Shown piece by piece: positions 1 to 17,300 of a stretch of 64,000 nt of DNA. Made by a program: the position numbers and the translations under genes. Numbering within the stretch: the stretch's first letter is position 1; the number at the start of each line of letters is the position of its first letter. The notes under the pieces are model-generated. The model was given only the letters and a program-made list of their open reading frames with translations, was not told where the DNA came from and did not search any database. The DNA comes from Piromyces finnis finn (taxonomy: Eukaryota; Fungi; Neocallimastigomycota): the NCBI GenBank assembly GCA_002104945.1, contig MCFH01000021.1:558001-622000 (forward strand), written 5' to 3'.

Positions 1-576
1 AGTGATAGTATGAAAACTGATGCAGGTAAATTCCACATTACTCTTTATAACAATGTTTTTGAAAATTGTAAGGAGAGACTTCCAAGAGTCCGTTTTGGTA
101 AAGTTCATATATTTAATAATTACTATTATTCTACTACCGATAGTAGCAATGGATATAATTCTCTTTCAGCTGGATATTATAATGATCCAAAAGTTTTTGC
201 AAACTATTTCATTGGCTTAGGGGTTGAATGTGATATTACATCCCAATATAATTATTTCCTTTACGAGGGAACAGAAGATATTCCAGATTCAGAAACTATT
301 GTTGTTTATAGTTATGGTGGTTACACCTTTTCTGATGTTGGATCCTTGTATAATGGTCATACTTTCGATCCAGAAGCTATTGCTAACGAAAGTTTTGAAA
401 TTAAAAAAGCTTCTAGAATTGAAAGTGATGCTCTTAAAGGAAAAAATCCACCTGCTTGGACTAATGCCACTTTTAATAATAAATCATTTAATCCATCAGA
501 GTATTATGACTATGAAGTCATCGAAGATATGAATGTTATTTTATCTCTTGTTAAAAGAACCATTCCAGAATTTTAA
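1..576 (+). CDS. Pectate lyase (polysaccharide lyase family 1), C-terminal part; 5' end lies outside the window
   Basis: Frame is open from base 1. The motif FHITLYNNVFENCKERLPRVRFGKVHIFNNYY matches the PL1 RxPxxR catalytic region. No introns in the visible part. Confidence 0.85.
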   Translation, partial: SDSMKTDAGKFHITLYNNVFENCKERLPRVRFGKVHIFNNYYYSTTDSSNGYNSLSAGYYNDPKVFANYFIGLGVECDITSQYNYFLYEGTEDIPDSETIVVYSYGGYTFSDVGSLYNGHTFDPEAIANESFEIKKASRIESDALKGKNPPAWTNATFNNKSFNPSEYYDYEVIEDMNVILSLVKRTIPEF

Positions 577-640
577 TTCATATAAATAAAAATCAAAAAT
601 TTATATATTTATTTTAAACAAGGGAGAAATAGAATTAAAG

Positions 641-673
<33 letters not shown>

Positions 674-1274
674 ATTATTTATAGATAAAATAAAAATTTA
701 TAACAAAAAAAAAATTATACATATTTACTAATTAGAGATTATATAAAACTAATAATAGAATAAAAAAGGAAAAGGGATTTTGATAAATAGAAAAAGAAAA
801 TAACAATAAAATAAAATTTATAAAAAAGTAATTTTTAAAGTGTAAATTTTTTTTTGTTATTTAATCTTATTTTTTAAATATATTTTAATAATAATTCAAT
901 AATATTTATGTGACATACTAGGTTTATCCTATAATAATAAAGAAGAATAAAGCTTTTTTTTTTTTATATATAATTTTATTATGTGTACTTTTAATTTTTT
1001 TATTTTATTTATTTATTTTTTTTTTTATTTTTTGTACTAATAAATTTATACTATAAATTTACAGACAAATATATATTTTCTTAATTCATTTTATTATTAT
1101 ATTCACTACTATTATTATTATAAATAATAGAATTTAAATAATTAAAAAAAAAAAAAAAAAAAAAAGGTGTGTGTGTATGTGTAAAATGATATGTATAGAC
1201 AAAGAAATGAATGATTAATAAATAATAATAAAATTTTTATTGTAACGATATAATGAAATAAATTTCAATTTTGT

Positions 1275-2621
1275 TTAATCCCAGTATTTAATTAAACCAT
1301 CCCAACTACAAGTTGCTACTTTACTAGTTTCATGTGGATGCCATTCACAACCGACAACAGCAGCATTATGTGCCTTGAATTTCCTAAATATTATAATGAA
1401 AAATAAAAATATATATATATATATATATATTAATCAAAAAAAATTTAAATTTTTTTTTTTTTATTCATTTAAATAATTGCTTAATTAATTTTTAAATAAA
1501 CTTACTTATATAATTTACAAGTTTTCCAATCCCAGAAGAACATTTTACCTTCAGAATCACCACTCATTAAGAAATGACCATCTGGTGAAAAGTTAACTTG
1601 ACATGAAAAACCAGCCACTAAATGACCAGTGAAACGTTTCTTATAATTCATACGGAATTTATCTTTAACAGAATAAACTTGAACTTGATTATCCATAGAT
1701 TGGCAAGCAATATATTTACCATTTGGATGAACGGAAACACTTGGTATAGCATGCATACTTGGTTCAGCAATATATTTAATAACAACAGGAATATCGTATT
1801 CCCATACACGAAGAGTTTTATCATCACTTGTAGTAACAAAACGACGGTTATTATCAACAAATGTAATTGTATTAACAGCACCCAAGTGTTGATTATATTC
1901 TTGAACTATTTCACCTGAATTTATATCATATTGATAAATCTTTTTATCAGAACAACCAGTAAGGAAAATATTTTGTTTATCTTCATCTGGATTAAATCTT
2001 ACACAATATGGTGTTTTATGATTTGTAAATTTTGAAATACATTGACCTATTTTTTTAATTATATTAATATACATGTTAATACTCAAAATAAAAATAAATA
2101 AAAAGGTGAACTTTGAGAAATTTATCTATTCTTTATACATTTTTTAACTTTTTATCATAATATCATAATTAACATGAGTTATTATAACTTACCAGTTTCA
2201 GTATCCCAAATTTTTAAATATTTATCAAAACTTGCTGTGATAAACTTTCTACCATCATTAGTGAAACATATATCTCTAACACCCTTTGTATGACCTAAAT
2301 ATGTTCTAAGGCATTGTCTGTTATTATAAACATCCCAAAGCTTTTATATAATATTTTTTTTTAATGATTAGTAAATATTTATGTATATATTTATATTATA
2401 TATTGTGTAATATTGACGAAAACCTACCTTAACTTTAGAATCCATACTACAACTAAGTAATAAATGGCCACTTCCAGGGAAGAAACGAATAGCGTTGACA
2501 GCTTTGGTATGACCAGACCTTTTATTAATAATATAAATTTGATTAATTATATTATTAGTATTAGTATTATTATTAGTAGTAATAGTATAAGAATAATTTT
2601 AATTTTATTTATCTTTGTTTA

Positions 2622-2656
<35 letters not shown>

Positions 2657-4628
2657 TAAACAAATAATCCTAAATATTAAAAAAGATAAAAAAAAATATA
2701 AAATTAATTTATTACCAAGTATGTATTAATTTTTTTGGAATGAAGCATTCGTTGTTGCCTGGTTCTCCATTTAAATCTATACCAATATCTTGAGGAACAT
2801 GCATATAGGTACGGCCTTGATAATCATACATTGATTTACCATGGAAAATTGTTCTTTCTGATGGTCCTTCATCTGTTTTAGCTTTCTTTTCTTTAGAACC
2901 CTCTTTAGATTCTTCATATGCCTTAAGTTCTTCCTATTATTTTTTTTTTAAAAAAAAAAATAATAATAAGCATTATATAAATATATATATATAGTTTAAT
3001 AAACTTTAATGGATATATATTATATATTTATCGAAATTATATTATTCTAACCTCAGTAGCACCATGAAGTTCACCAATGGTTTCGCCTTCATAACCAGCC
3101 CATGGGCCTAAATAATTATCTATATCAGATGGATTACCCATTTGCTTTCTCTTCTTCTTTTTTGCAGTTTTATCTGCCTTCTTTTTATTAAATATAGTTT
3201 CACCTTTTTATATTAAAATTTTAAAGGATTGAAAAATATATAATATTAATAAATATACTTTTTCAATAGCAATAATAATAATAGTAAATAATAAAAGTTA
3301 AAATATAATAATAATTTTATTAATTTACCATTAGCATTCAATGCTTTTTCTACATTTCCAATATATTCAGTTCCTGTTATATCATTTGGATTAAGTGCAT
3401 ATTTGAAATTTTGAAAAGTACGTTGTTGTTCTGTAAAATTAAAATCACTAATTGAATGTTTTTCAAAATATCCTAAAAAAAAATATAAAGAAAATAAAGA
3501 AATATAGATTTATTTAGTTAATAAATTACACATATATATTTCTAATTTATATTTCTAATTTATATAATAAATATATTAATTGTTTTTACCAGCTGGGGTA
3601 TTTTTATTTTCTAAACCATTTTCATTAGCTTCTGGATTGAATGGGTTTGCTGGACCTACAAATGGTTTAACTAAATCTTTATATGGAATATTATGTGTAA
3701 TTTCTTTTGTTCCTTTTGGTATTAGATGCTTCCAAGAAGATATTTCCTTTTATATTTTAATATAATTTATATTATAAATATAATTTTTAATATAAAGTAA
3801 GCAAAAATAAATATTATTCTTAATTTTTTATAAAATTAAATTTTTATATGTATTAAAATGATTATTGATGAATTTTATATTCTGAGAAAAAAAAAAATCT
3901 TTTAATTGATTTTTATTAAGTCCATTTAAAAATTTTGATACAATTATCACTTTTTTATTCTTAGTTCAACGTTATCCGTATTATTCTTTAATTATATTTT
4001 ATTGTTTTTTTTTTAAATATATATATATATATAAAAAATCAAAATAAACTATGATAAAAAAAAAAAGATTAAATAATTTATTATAAATTAAATTTCTAAT
4101 TTCATTAAATGTATTATTTAAATTTTAACATTATTTTATTGAAATTTCTTCAAACTATAGTTACTATCTTGTATTATTATGAAAAGGTCCATTTTATCAT
4201 TATTTTATATGTAAATATATTTAAATGTATATTTGTTGTTATATTTTATAATAATCTTTGAAATATTATTTTATACTGTTTAAAATGAAGATTTCAAAAT
4301 CTGATATAATTTGATTATGTTTTAATTCTTTTTTTCATATTTATAAATATAGCTTTAAAATTCATTAATTGCAAAATAACAAATAGAAATGAATATTGAT
4401 TTATTTCATTGTGGGGATTATAATAAGTTTTAATTCTCTAACAATTATAATAATTATGACATTTAATTGGCTATAGAAAAAAAAAAAGAATTTTATATAA
4501 ATTATTACTTCAACATCAACAGCTGGAGCTGCTACAATTGCATCTTTTTTTTCCTGAATGTTTTGTTTAATTTGGTTTTCTTCTTCTTGATCACTATCTG
4601 ACTGATAATTTGCAATTAAATTTTCCAT
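1275..4628 (-). CDS. PRP17: Pre-mRNA processing factor 17 (WD40 second-step splicing factor), multi-exon
   Basis: Exon 1 (4628-4509, [13 protein letters not shown]...AAPAVDVE) splices in frame to 3746 ([36 protein letters not shown]). WD40 exons include [27 protein letters not shown] and [21 protein letters not shown]. The last exon ends [14 protein letters not shown] at 1275. Internal exon boundaries are approximate. Confidence 0.92.
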
Positions 4629-6320
4629 TTTATATAATTATTTTTATTTTTTATTATATAATAAAATTAAAATTATAATTTTGAGTTAAAAAAAATATAT
4701 ATATATGTAAAATACTACTTTTTAAAATAAAATTTTAAATTATTATCCATCATTAATTTGATTTTTTTTTTTTTAATAGAGAATGTTATATTTTTATTAT
4801 TAAATAAGATTCAATTCAGCATTAATTAATGTTTAAATAACATTATTTTAAATTTATCACGATATATCATATGATATTTTATTTAATTTATTTATTATAA
4901 TTTACAATTTAAGATTTTTTTTATATAATAACTTTTTTTCTTTCTTTTTTTTTTTTTTTTTTTATTTATTATTATATAATAATTTAGAATGAAAGAAACA
5001 AAAATATTAATATAGAAAAACGTTAAAAATAATATTATAGAACTAAAATAAAATAATGAATAATAATTATATAATAAAGTAATAATTTTTTTAAACGTCT
5101 CTTTATAAAATACAATAAATATAAATTAATATTTCGATACAAGATAAAATTATTATAATAATTTTATTATTAGATATATATTTAATAATAACAATAATAG
5201 AAGAAAAAAAAAAAGGTATATATCATTAATTAAATAGTTTTTTAAGATCCAAAAATAAAAGACTTCTTTAAAAATAAATTTGTAAGTAAATTTTATTTAT
5301 TTATTTATTAATAATAAATAATAATTGTAAATATATATCCCATTTTTAAGTATTTCATTAATATATTATTTTTTATTTATTTATTTTTATCAAATAAAAA
5401 CATAAGCTTTTTTTTTTTTTTTTTTTTTACAATAATGAACTATAAAAAATTTATTTAAAATTTCAATATTATATTATTATTAAAATTAGATATATCAATG
5501 TTTAAAAAAGGAACATTGTTATATAAAATAATATTGTTGGTTTTGTTTTCTTTCTATTTTAGGATATAAAAAAGTTGAAATTTAGTTTTCGTATTAATAA
5601 CAAAAAAAAATAAAAATTATAAAAGAAATTGAAAAAGTTTGTAAAAAAAAATTTTTTTATACAGAAAAATTTATTTTACTGCATTTTTAATAAACCCTAT
5701 CAATTTATAAAATAAATGTTTTAAAAGTTATACAATAAAAAAAAAAGTTGTCTTTTTATTTATTGTTTTTGTATTCCCATAATTTCAAACTTTTAAAATT
5801 TACTCCAATTTAATACCACAATAAGTAAAAATATATAATAATGTATAATACATCTAAAGATTTCATTATTCTTATTTAATTTTGAATTTCAAAAAAAAAA
5901 AAAAAAAATACTTTTTTTTTTTAATAATTAATATATAATTTGCTATAGATATATATATATATATAAATTATAAATAATAAACAATTCTTTTGGTCTCTTC
6001 TTTATGCTTGGTTCGGTTTACATTTATTCTTATTATTTAGCAATTTATTAAAATGATGTTGATAGATACATTTTTACCAGAAATGTCTTTTTTTATCATT
6101 ATTACATTTATATGCTAAATTTTAAAATCTTTTTTTTTTTTTTTAATTTTTCCTTATATATTTCTTTCTATTGAAAACTGATAAATTTATAAATTATTAA
6201 TTAAAATAAATAATAAAAAAAAAAAACAAATATTACGAGATATGAATTGTTAAAGCATTAAATATAATGATTTCAATTTTATATAATTTGATAAATGGCA
6301 ATAGATTTCTTATTATTAAT

Positions 6321-7718
<1,398 letters not shown>

Positions 7719-10700
7719 GTTGTTTTCTATTAAATTTATAAATTGAAAAAAAGAAATTATATTTATTATTTTATTTTCATTTTGAATTTATTTATTTTTA
7801 ATCAATCCTTGTACAGTTTTACTAATTTTTTTTAAAAAAAAAAATCTTAATTTTTCTATGAAAATTTTATTATTATAAAATTCTAATTAATAAAAAAACT
7901 ATGGTTAGGATGATGGTTTTTAGATTAATTTTATAAAATAGATCTAATTCTCATCTAAATTATAGTTAATAATTTCTACTTTATTTATTATTATTATTAT
8001 TTTTTTTTTTTTTTTTTTTGGATTTATAAATAATTTTTATATAATATCTTTCAACATTTATTTTTAATAATTAACATTCAATATATTCTTTTGAAAAGAA
8101 ATAAAAAAAACTTTTTTCTTTTTTTTTTATTTATATTATAAAAACATAATAATCATTAATTATTCATTGACAACCATGTTTTATTTTATTTCTATTTCTA
8201 TCTAATTTCAAAAGAAAAAAGAAAAAAAAGAATTTATGATTATTTGCAATTAAAATTAAATCAAAATTTCAACTTTTAATGATTTTGAAATATGAAAGCA
8301 TTATTTAATTGAATATTGAAAACGTTATTATACTCAAATATATATATATATATCTTGAATATTGATTCTAAAATTATCGAATTATTAACTATTTTACATT
8401 TATTTTCATAATTACATACAATATTTCCCAATAATTTTATTATAATTATAATAAAAAAAATGCTAATATACCTTTATATTACAATTCAAAATTAAATTAG
8501 AAAAAAAATAAATAATAAATTATACTATAATGTTATACTGATTCTAAATTGAAAATAAATAGATATAAATAATGATATAACTATAGACAATGATAAAGTA
8601 TTTATCAATTAGTTCAAGTTACTGGATAAAATATGAATTTCAATAATTAAAGGATAAAATAAAATAAAAAAAAAAAAAAAAGTAAAAATTCAAAAAAAAA
8701 AAAAAAATTTAAATATAAAAAAAAATATATATTAAAAATTTAAATTAATAAAAGTAAAATATTAAAAATGTATATGTACATATATTAATATATTAAATGT
8801 ATATATTTTAATATATTTATAATATACAAAGAAATTTTTTTTTAATCAATATTAATTGAACAAAGAAAAAAAGTGCTTTATATTTAACTTTATTCTCTTA
8901 TGTTTTATTGTACTCATAATCGGTTAATTTAATACTTTTTTTGCTTTTATTAATCAGTATTATTATTAAAAAAAAAGGAATAGGATTATACCTGGTTATT
9001 ATTTTATTGTCTTTTTTAATTTTTAAATATATATATATATTTATTTTTTATATTATTTAATATTGTAAAGATTTTTTTTAAAAATCCATTGGTCATCCCT
9101 AGTTTAAAAATGATTAACTATAAATTATAATTATTGAAAAAAATGTGTACAACGTGTACAATAGAGTTTAAATTTCTTATTTTTTTTTAACTAATAAAAA
9201 AAAAGAAAAAAAAAATATTAAATTACAAAAATAATAATAGATGTATAAAAGCATATGAATAAATTGTGGTTAATTAATAATGTGTTAACATTTGACATGA
9301 TGAAGTATGTAGTAAAAAAAGATAAAAAAAAATCAACCTTATAAATCAATAGAGAAGAAATATTAAATAATTATATATATATTTAAATAATAAAATTTCA
9401 CATATTGACATATTGATTGTTTATTAATATAATTAAATTTTAAAATTCGATCATTCTACATTGAGTAACATTGAATGTGTTATCAATTTATTAAGAAAAT
9501 TGAAATAGTATTATATAGAAAAATCATTTTATAATTACATATTAAAATATCTTATTATCCTTTTTTTTTTTTAATCAAATTACATTTTTGAAATATTAAT
9601 GTTACAAGTAATATAATTGATTTTTTAAGGGAAAAGGTGCATAAATATAAAATATTAAAGTGTAAATGAAATTCTTTAAATCACAAACAAAATTTAAATG
9701 TATTTTTAATAACCAGTACTTTCTGAATAAAACTACTTGTATTGTATGTTTAATAATGAATAAAATTCAACAAAAAGGAAAAGAAAGACCAAATGTACCT
9801 ACTATCACTAATTAAATATATCCACTTTAATATAAGAATATTATAAAAATATTTGAAATAATATCACCGCTTTATTATTCTCACTTTAAGTTTTTTTTAT
9901 TATTATTATTTAAATACGAATTAATAATATTTATTTTCCAATGAAAAAAAGGAGTTATATTTATTATTATCATTTTATTCAAAAGATGTTTAATTATAAT
10001 ATTTGAAAAGGTTATAACAACTAATTTAGATATATAAAATTAAAAAACCTTATGAAAATATCACAAACCAAAACTGGAAAATTAAATGAATATAAAATAT
10101 ATATTAATTTTTTTTAATATTAAATATTAATTTTTACTCCATGTTTTAAAGTTTGCTTTAATTTATAATAATTCAAGTTACTACAATTATTAAAAAAAAT
10201 GTCACATATAAAATAAATCTATTTATTAAAACTTTTAATTATTATGTGATAAATATATAAAAGTGAGGATAATTTACTTATGATAATTAATATATAAATT
10301 AAGCATGATTAATTACTTTTTTAAATAACAATACCACTTTTACTACAATAACAAATTAAAATGTAATAGTCTATTCTTTTGTAATGTCTAAAAATGTATT
10401 AGAAAAAAGTCATAAATATATTTTATTATATATTTTTATTTATATTTTTGTTTTTTAAAACCATTTTTTAAATATGTATTTAAATTTATTATTTTAAATA
10501 TTCCCTCTAATTTATACTTTATTTCATCGATAATATCATATTAGTTCATAACTAAATATATTTATATTTATATTTGTTTAAAAATAATTAAATAATATTA
10601 AAAGTTTTTTTTTATTTATCTTAAAATATATCGTTGAGCTTTTATAATGTAGAATAATTATTTTGTAATAATTATTTATATTTAAGTTAACTAATGTCCA

Positions 10701-13700
10701 ATACTTTTTTATATTTATCAGACGCCTTTCACAATAATTTATAAAAGTATTAATAATACTTCTACATAAAATTAATTAAAATAAAGTAGTTATTTTATAT
10801 TATTTATTATATAATATTAATTATATAATATGAAATAGATATACCCTATTAAAATGAAAAAAGAAGAAACTAAATTAATGTCATTAATAATAATTAATTA
10901 AAAGGTATTTAGTTTATAGAAAATTTTTAATTTTTACTAATTAAAAATTAAAAATTATTAAATAATTATTATTTTATAAAGCCTATAAAACAGTTATTAT
11001 TTAATAATTGTTTTATAGGTTTTATAAAGTATAATTATACAACTAATTAAAAGTTTTGAAAAAAAAAAATTTAACTATAAAGAGTATAATATAACCAATG
11101 TCCAAATATATATTATAGAAGTAATTGAAATTAAAAATTTAGTACTTAATTTTAATACTTATTAAAAGAAATATTTAATTCATTTATTGTTTTATTCTCT
11201 TTTTTTCTCTTTTTTTTTTTTTTTGAAATAAAATTCTTAACTTTAATTAAATCATATTTAATACATAATTTTAATATAAATTAAACTTTGTGAAATTTTT
11301 AAAGTTTCATATTTTATTTATAATTAAAAAAATAATATTAATTAAAAAAAGTTTTTTTATTAATTAAAATTGTTAAGAACTTCTATTTAAATAATCAAGT
11401 AAGGATAAAAAAACTTATTAAATACTTTTTTTATTGTTATTTAAGTATGTTTATAACTAAACAATTGTTATTTGGTCATAACAAAAATCATTCTATTAAA
11501 GAAATCATTCCATAGCACTCTTTATACTTTCTTCAAATAATCATAAAAACAATTTCAATTATTAACCTGTATTTTTATATATATAATAATAATGACTTGG
11601 TTTTACTCCTGTAACATTTATCTTATATTTAGTTTATGGAGTAAAGTTAATTACTATTTTGTTATTATACTCAACGTTTTTTTTGTAAAGTACAAAAATA
11701 AAAAGGTAAAACTATTTCTTTTTTTACTAAAAGAAAACAACAAAATTAATATATTTAAAAAACTACTATTAATTTTAATTCAAATTTTAATTAGCTTTTT
11801 GATGAATAAATAGTTTAAAATTTAATATATATTTTATCCAAATAAGGAAATTATCAAAGTGTGACATCATGAATATATTTCCAATCGAATCAAATGAATA
11901 CTTATCATATATTATAATATATTTTAGCAAACAACAGAATTGCTCTTTTTTTTTTTTTTTGATATAACTTTTTCTATTTTGATGGAAAATAAGTCAAATA
12001 GTTTGAGCCATCATTTTTAATGAATGTATCACACGTTAATGAGTATAGTTCATACTATTTAGTTGAAATACTTATAAACTATTTATATAGTCAGATAACA
12101 ACAAATGTGTAATATTGATAGTATAAATTATACTAATCTCTCTTTTATTAGTAGTAATTTGTACATAAAATTACAATAAATATTAATGATATAAAATAAA
12201 CCTAGAATACTGAATATACTTTTTTAAATAATTATATTTTATTATTATTAAATACCTTAATTTAAACTCTCTTTTATAAACATAAAAAAAGGTCATTTCC
12301 ACCTTTTTTAAAATTTAATCATTGAAATTCATAATGCAAAGCGTTTTTTCTGTTTTTTAAAACATAATTAAATAATATATTATTATATATATTACAATAT
12401 ATTGAATTAAATTAAATTATATAGTTCAAATGAATATAGTTTAATTAAAATTAAAAAATTAATTATGTAAAATATATTAATTAGTTATATTATATATTAT
12501 TATTATATTTTAATATATTGTCAAACCATTTTAATTGTTGAATGATCCTACTTTTAAAAAATATACATACATAATATTAATATTATATAAAAAAAAAAGA
12601 GAATGATATATTAATTAGTAATAATATTTAAAGCATTCTTTTTATGGTAATTATTATGCATAATAGTAAATGTTTTATAGCATCATCAATATACATTCAA
12701 AAGAAAATTTTAGGTTGATATCCCATTCTATGATTAATACTTTCTTTTAAATGATACTTTTTACATATGATATCTTTTTTTTTTTTAAAAAAAAAAAAGG
12801 CATTTCAATTCTATTTCAATATATTCAACTATATTTATTCGTATGGAATATGAGTATATTATAATATATACTATCCTATATATTATTTAATTTGAAATTT
12901 TATGTTTACTTTTCAATATTACTTTAATAATAAATTATTTAATATAATTTATATTATTCATATTGAATTGTATTATATTCAATTATATTTAAGACGAGTT
13001 TTTACATTTATTTTATATATATTAAGAATAAATTCTATATTTTATATCTTTTTTTTTTTAAAAAAATTACCAAATAAAAGAAATAAAAAATTTCCAAAAT
13101 TTTCATATACAAGAATATATATTTAATTTTCTTTAAATAGTAATTATAAAATTAAAAAAAAATAGAAATATATAATTTTATATATTTCATTTCTCATTTT
13201 AATGGTTTAAAAGAAGAAGAAAGCAAAACATAAAATAATATATATTTAAAACTCTTCAATACTAGATACAAGGTGTTTTACAATAAGATAGTAAAATTAG
13301 AGTAAAAAAAAAAAGTAGTGCTCATTCATTAATTCTTTTCTATAACAAAAAAAAAAAAAAAGCATTTGCTTTATAAAATAAAGAAGAAGAAAAAAAAGGC
13401 AATTTTGAAAACAATATAGAAAATAATAAATCAACATAAAAATTAAAAAAAAAAATAGAAATTTAAAAGTAAAATTAATAATTTAATGATTCACTAAAAC
13501 CTTTTAATAATAAAGTTACAATCATTTAATTTTTTAGTCTATTTTTTTTTTAACAATAACACTTTTTTTTTTTTTTTTTTTTTTACAACGGAAAAGATAT
13601 ATAATACATTTAGTATTGAAATTTAATTCGAAACAAAAATAAAAAAAAAAAATTAAATTTGTATATTAATATATAAAATTATACAAGTATACTGTAAAAA

Positions 13701-14309
13701 AGAAGAGAAAAGGAGTTTTAATTATATATAAAAGAAAAAAAAATAATAATAATAACTAACAAAAAAATATTTTATACGGAAAGTAATTATATGAATCATT
13801 TTAATAATAAAACATATTTACATTCATACATTTCAACAACCAAACTAAAAATAAATTATTTTTTTAATAATAAATTATTATAAAACCAAGAAATTTAAAA
13901 TTAAACCATTAAAATAATAATTAAAAAATTAAAAAATTTTGAAATAAAATTATTATAAAATGAAAAAATATTAAAAAAAAAACTTACAAAATTTTAAAAA
14001 TATTCTTTAAAGAAATTAAATAGTATTCTAATAAATTTTAAACTAAAATTTTTATTCAAAATAAAAAAATAAAAAAATATTATAATTGTTTTTTATTTTT
14101 TTTTCTTTTTCTATTTTATTAAATTTTCATTATTTTTTGATATTATCTTTTATTATTATTTTTTTTATAAAAAAAAAAGAAAAAAAAATAGTATTAAACT
14201 TTTTCAGCGTATATATAACTTAATTTTTATATATTTATATTTTTAATAAAAAGAAAAGAAAAGAAAAATAGTTTTTTTATTTTTATATTTAATAAAAAAA
14301 AAAAAAAAA

Positions 14310-17300
14310 ATGGAAACTCTTAACGTACAAGATTCTATAAATAATCCTGATGTTCAAATTAATTCACCAGCAACACTTGTTTATAAAGGTGACCAGGTTA
14401 TAGTTGAAAATGAACGTTATATTAGTAGTAAAAAATGCGAATTTGATGGAAATACTAGTATAAATGATGAAGTATTTTGTCAATCTTCATGTAATGATAT
14501 TATACATAATGAAGAAAGTTTTGAATTAATTAAAAATGAAGAAAAATCTCCAAAGATTACAAATACTACTACACTCGATAACCGTAACTCAACTGAACTT
14601 AAAGATGAAAAGATGGAAAAATATTCCTGTACTACTGAGCCCCAATTAAATAATATTCATTCTGAAAATGGTCCAAAAGATAAAAGTATTACCAATGTTG
14701 AAAATAGTATGATAAACACACAAAAAGATCTTTCCAAGAAAAAAAACAAAAAATTATTAAAAATACAAAAACATAAAAAGATATATTTAAAATTTAAAGA
14801 AAAATTGAACAAAAAATCAAAATTAGATAAAGGAGTTACTAAAAAAGAATTGCCTATTCATGATGTTTCAAAGAATTCTATCAGTATTAATCACGAAAAA
14901 GAAAAGGTTAATAATGAAAATATGGAAATTACACCCATGAATAGTGTAAATAAGCAAACATCAGAGTCTGTCATTCAAAATGATATATCTTTTGAAGAAA
15001 ATTCCCTCAAAAATACTCCAAAACCCAGTGAAAACAAAAACTTTTCTGATATAGTAGAAATGACACCAATTTGTAATGAAGATGTTAGAGAAGTAACTTT
15101 AATTACAGCTGATGGTGATACAGTCTTTATTCCAACAAAAAAAAGAGCTGAAAGTTTACCCCATTTTAATGCTGATCAAAATAAAATGTTGATTCAATCA
15201 GACTCTACTGTTTTCCCACCAAAAATAAATTTAAAGAATGAAAAACAAAAGAAAAATTCTTCAATGAGTAAAAATGACATTAATTCTGATGAAAATATTG
15301 ATAATAATATAGTTGCTTCTGGTGAAACTATCAATAATAATATAATTTCTTATGATGAAAATGGAACTCCTTATTACGATATTGAAAATTCAAAAATTAT
15401 TATTACCACAATCGAAGAAAAAATTGTAAAGGATGATGACGGAAAAGACAAGATTATCAAAACTATCACTGAAGAGCATATGATTGTTGAATTAGAAGAA
15501 AATAAAGATAAAGCAGCAGACACAGAATATCCAATCAAAAAGAAAGATAGCAGTTATGTTGATTTATCCGATCATAAAAAAAATAAAGAAGTTACATCTG
15601 ATCCATCTATTCAAGAAAATAATAAAAATATGATTGGGGACAGTATTTCCATGGTTAAACCTTTCCATCTTGATAATGAAACATCAACTCAATTAATAGA
15701 AGAAAATACCAGAAACATTGACCTTCCACTCATAAACGAAAATGTCGACTCTACCTCATCCGAAAAAAATTTACTCACTGTTCCATCCCAAAAAGGAATA
15801 TCTTCAGCAAATATAACAAGTAAACTATCATTTAATTTTCTTTTTTACTTTAAAAAATACTAATTTATATATATTTTTTTTATCTATATATAATTGTAAA
15901 AATAAATAATTATATTATAACTATTATTATATCAAATTATTTTCATGAATTACATATTAGATGATAGTATTGAAAAAAGAAAATCAAGTGATAAAAAAAA
16001 GCCGTTGAAATCTTCTCTTAAGAAAGGTGTCTACGCTATTAAGTATTTCAGAAAACCAAAAGAAGAGGTAATAATTCCACAATATGTGATTGTTGAAGAT
16101 TTCGAGAAATTCAAAGAAAATACAGAAAGATGTATCAATGAAAACTCGAGAAATTTAGAAGCTAATACTATTACCATGAATGAAAACAATGAAAAATTCA
16201 AAGATACCGTTAAAGAGGGTTTTAACGAGATTAAATCCAATTTAGTTAATTTAAATAATGATTATGTTGCTGAAAATGAAAAATTAAAAGAGGAAATTGT
16301 ATTTTTGAAAAACTGTAATGAGTTTTTGAAAGAAGAAAGAAAAAGGGAAATGGAACAACTCAGAAATGAAGTTGCAGAAGAAATAATAAAAATACAAAAT
16401 AATATAAAGAATTTAGAAGTTGAAAAGGATAAGGAAATAAAACAACTTCGTGATGAAATTAGAAATCTTCATCAAAAAGAGGAAAATTATAAAGAAGTGA
16501 TTGAGCAACACATCTTAGGTATTAATACTTCCTTAGTTAAATTAAAGAAAGAAAATATGAAAATGAAAGATGAAAGTACCATGAATATAATAGATATTTG
16601 TAATGATATTCAAAAGATAAAAGAAAATAAGATTATGGAAATTAATGTGGATAGGCTTGCAAAGCAAGATGAAATAGAGAAAATAAATGACGAAATACAA
16701 AAGATGAAAAATAATAAAATTATGAATACAAATCCAGATCATCTTGTAAAGCAAAGTGAAATAGAGAAAATAAACAATGAAATTAGAAAAATAAAGAATA
16801 TTAAAATTATGAATACAAATCCAGATCATCTTGTAAAACAAAATGAAATTGAAACGATTTCAAAACAAATCATTAAGAGTAATGTTCAATGGAATGAACT
16901 TAGTCACAATGTCCAAAGTATACCAATCCAAATTAAAAAGGATATTGATGATAAATTTGAAACTTTTGAAAAAGATCAAGAAGAAAAGAGCCAACAAATT
17001 GAAATTTTCATTTCTGAAACTAAAACGAATCAAAGTAAATTATTAAAATGTGTTAATGAACTTTTTAGATTACACAAGGTAAATGAAAGTGGTATTGAAA
17101 ATCAAGCTAAGAGTATTAATGAAGCCATATTAAATCATGAACAACTTTTACAAGATTTTGAAAATACCCAAGATCAAATAGATACTCAAAATGAAAGAAT
17201 TGATGCAATTGGAGATAGAGTTGACCGTTATTGTACTAATGATTATCTTGATACTGTCATTGAACTAGAAGATCTTAGAAAGATTACAAACCGTACCACT

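Noticed and set aside
640-670. ~31-nt poly(A) tract after the pectate lyase, suggesting a retrocopy
   Set aside because: Long A/T tracts are ubiquitous in this window and no TSD is evident.
7720-14300. 6.6-kb gene-free interval, including ORFs 11592-11813 and 12902-13126
   Set aside because: Low-complexity AT sequence; the short ORFs are F/I/K/Y-rich noise. No exon chain, tRNA or TE remnant could be supported.
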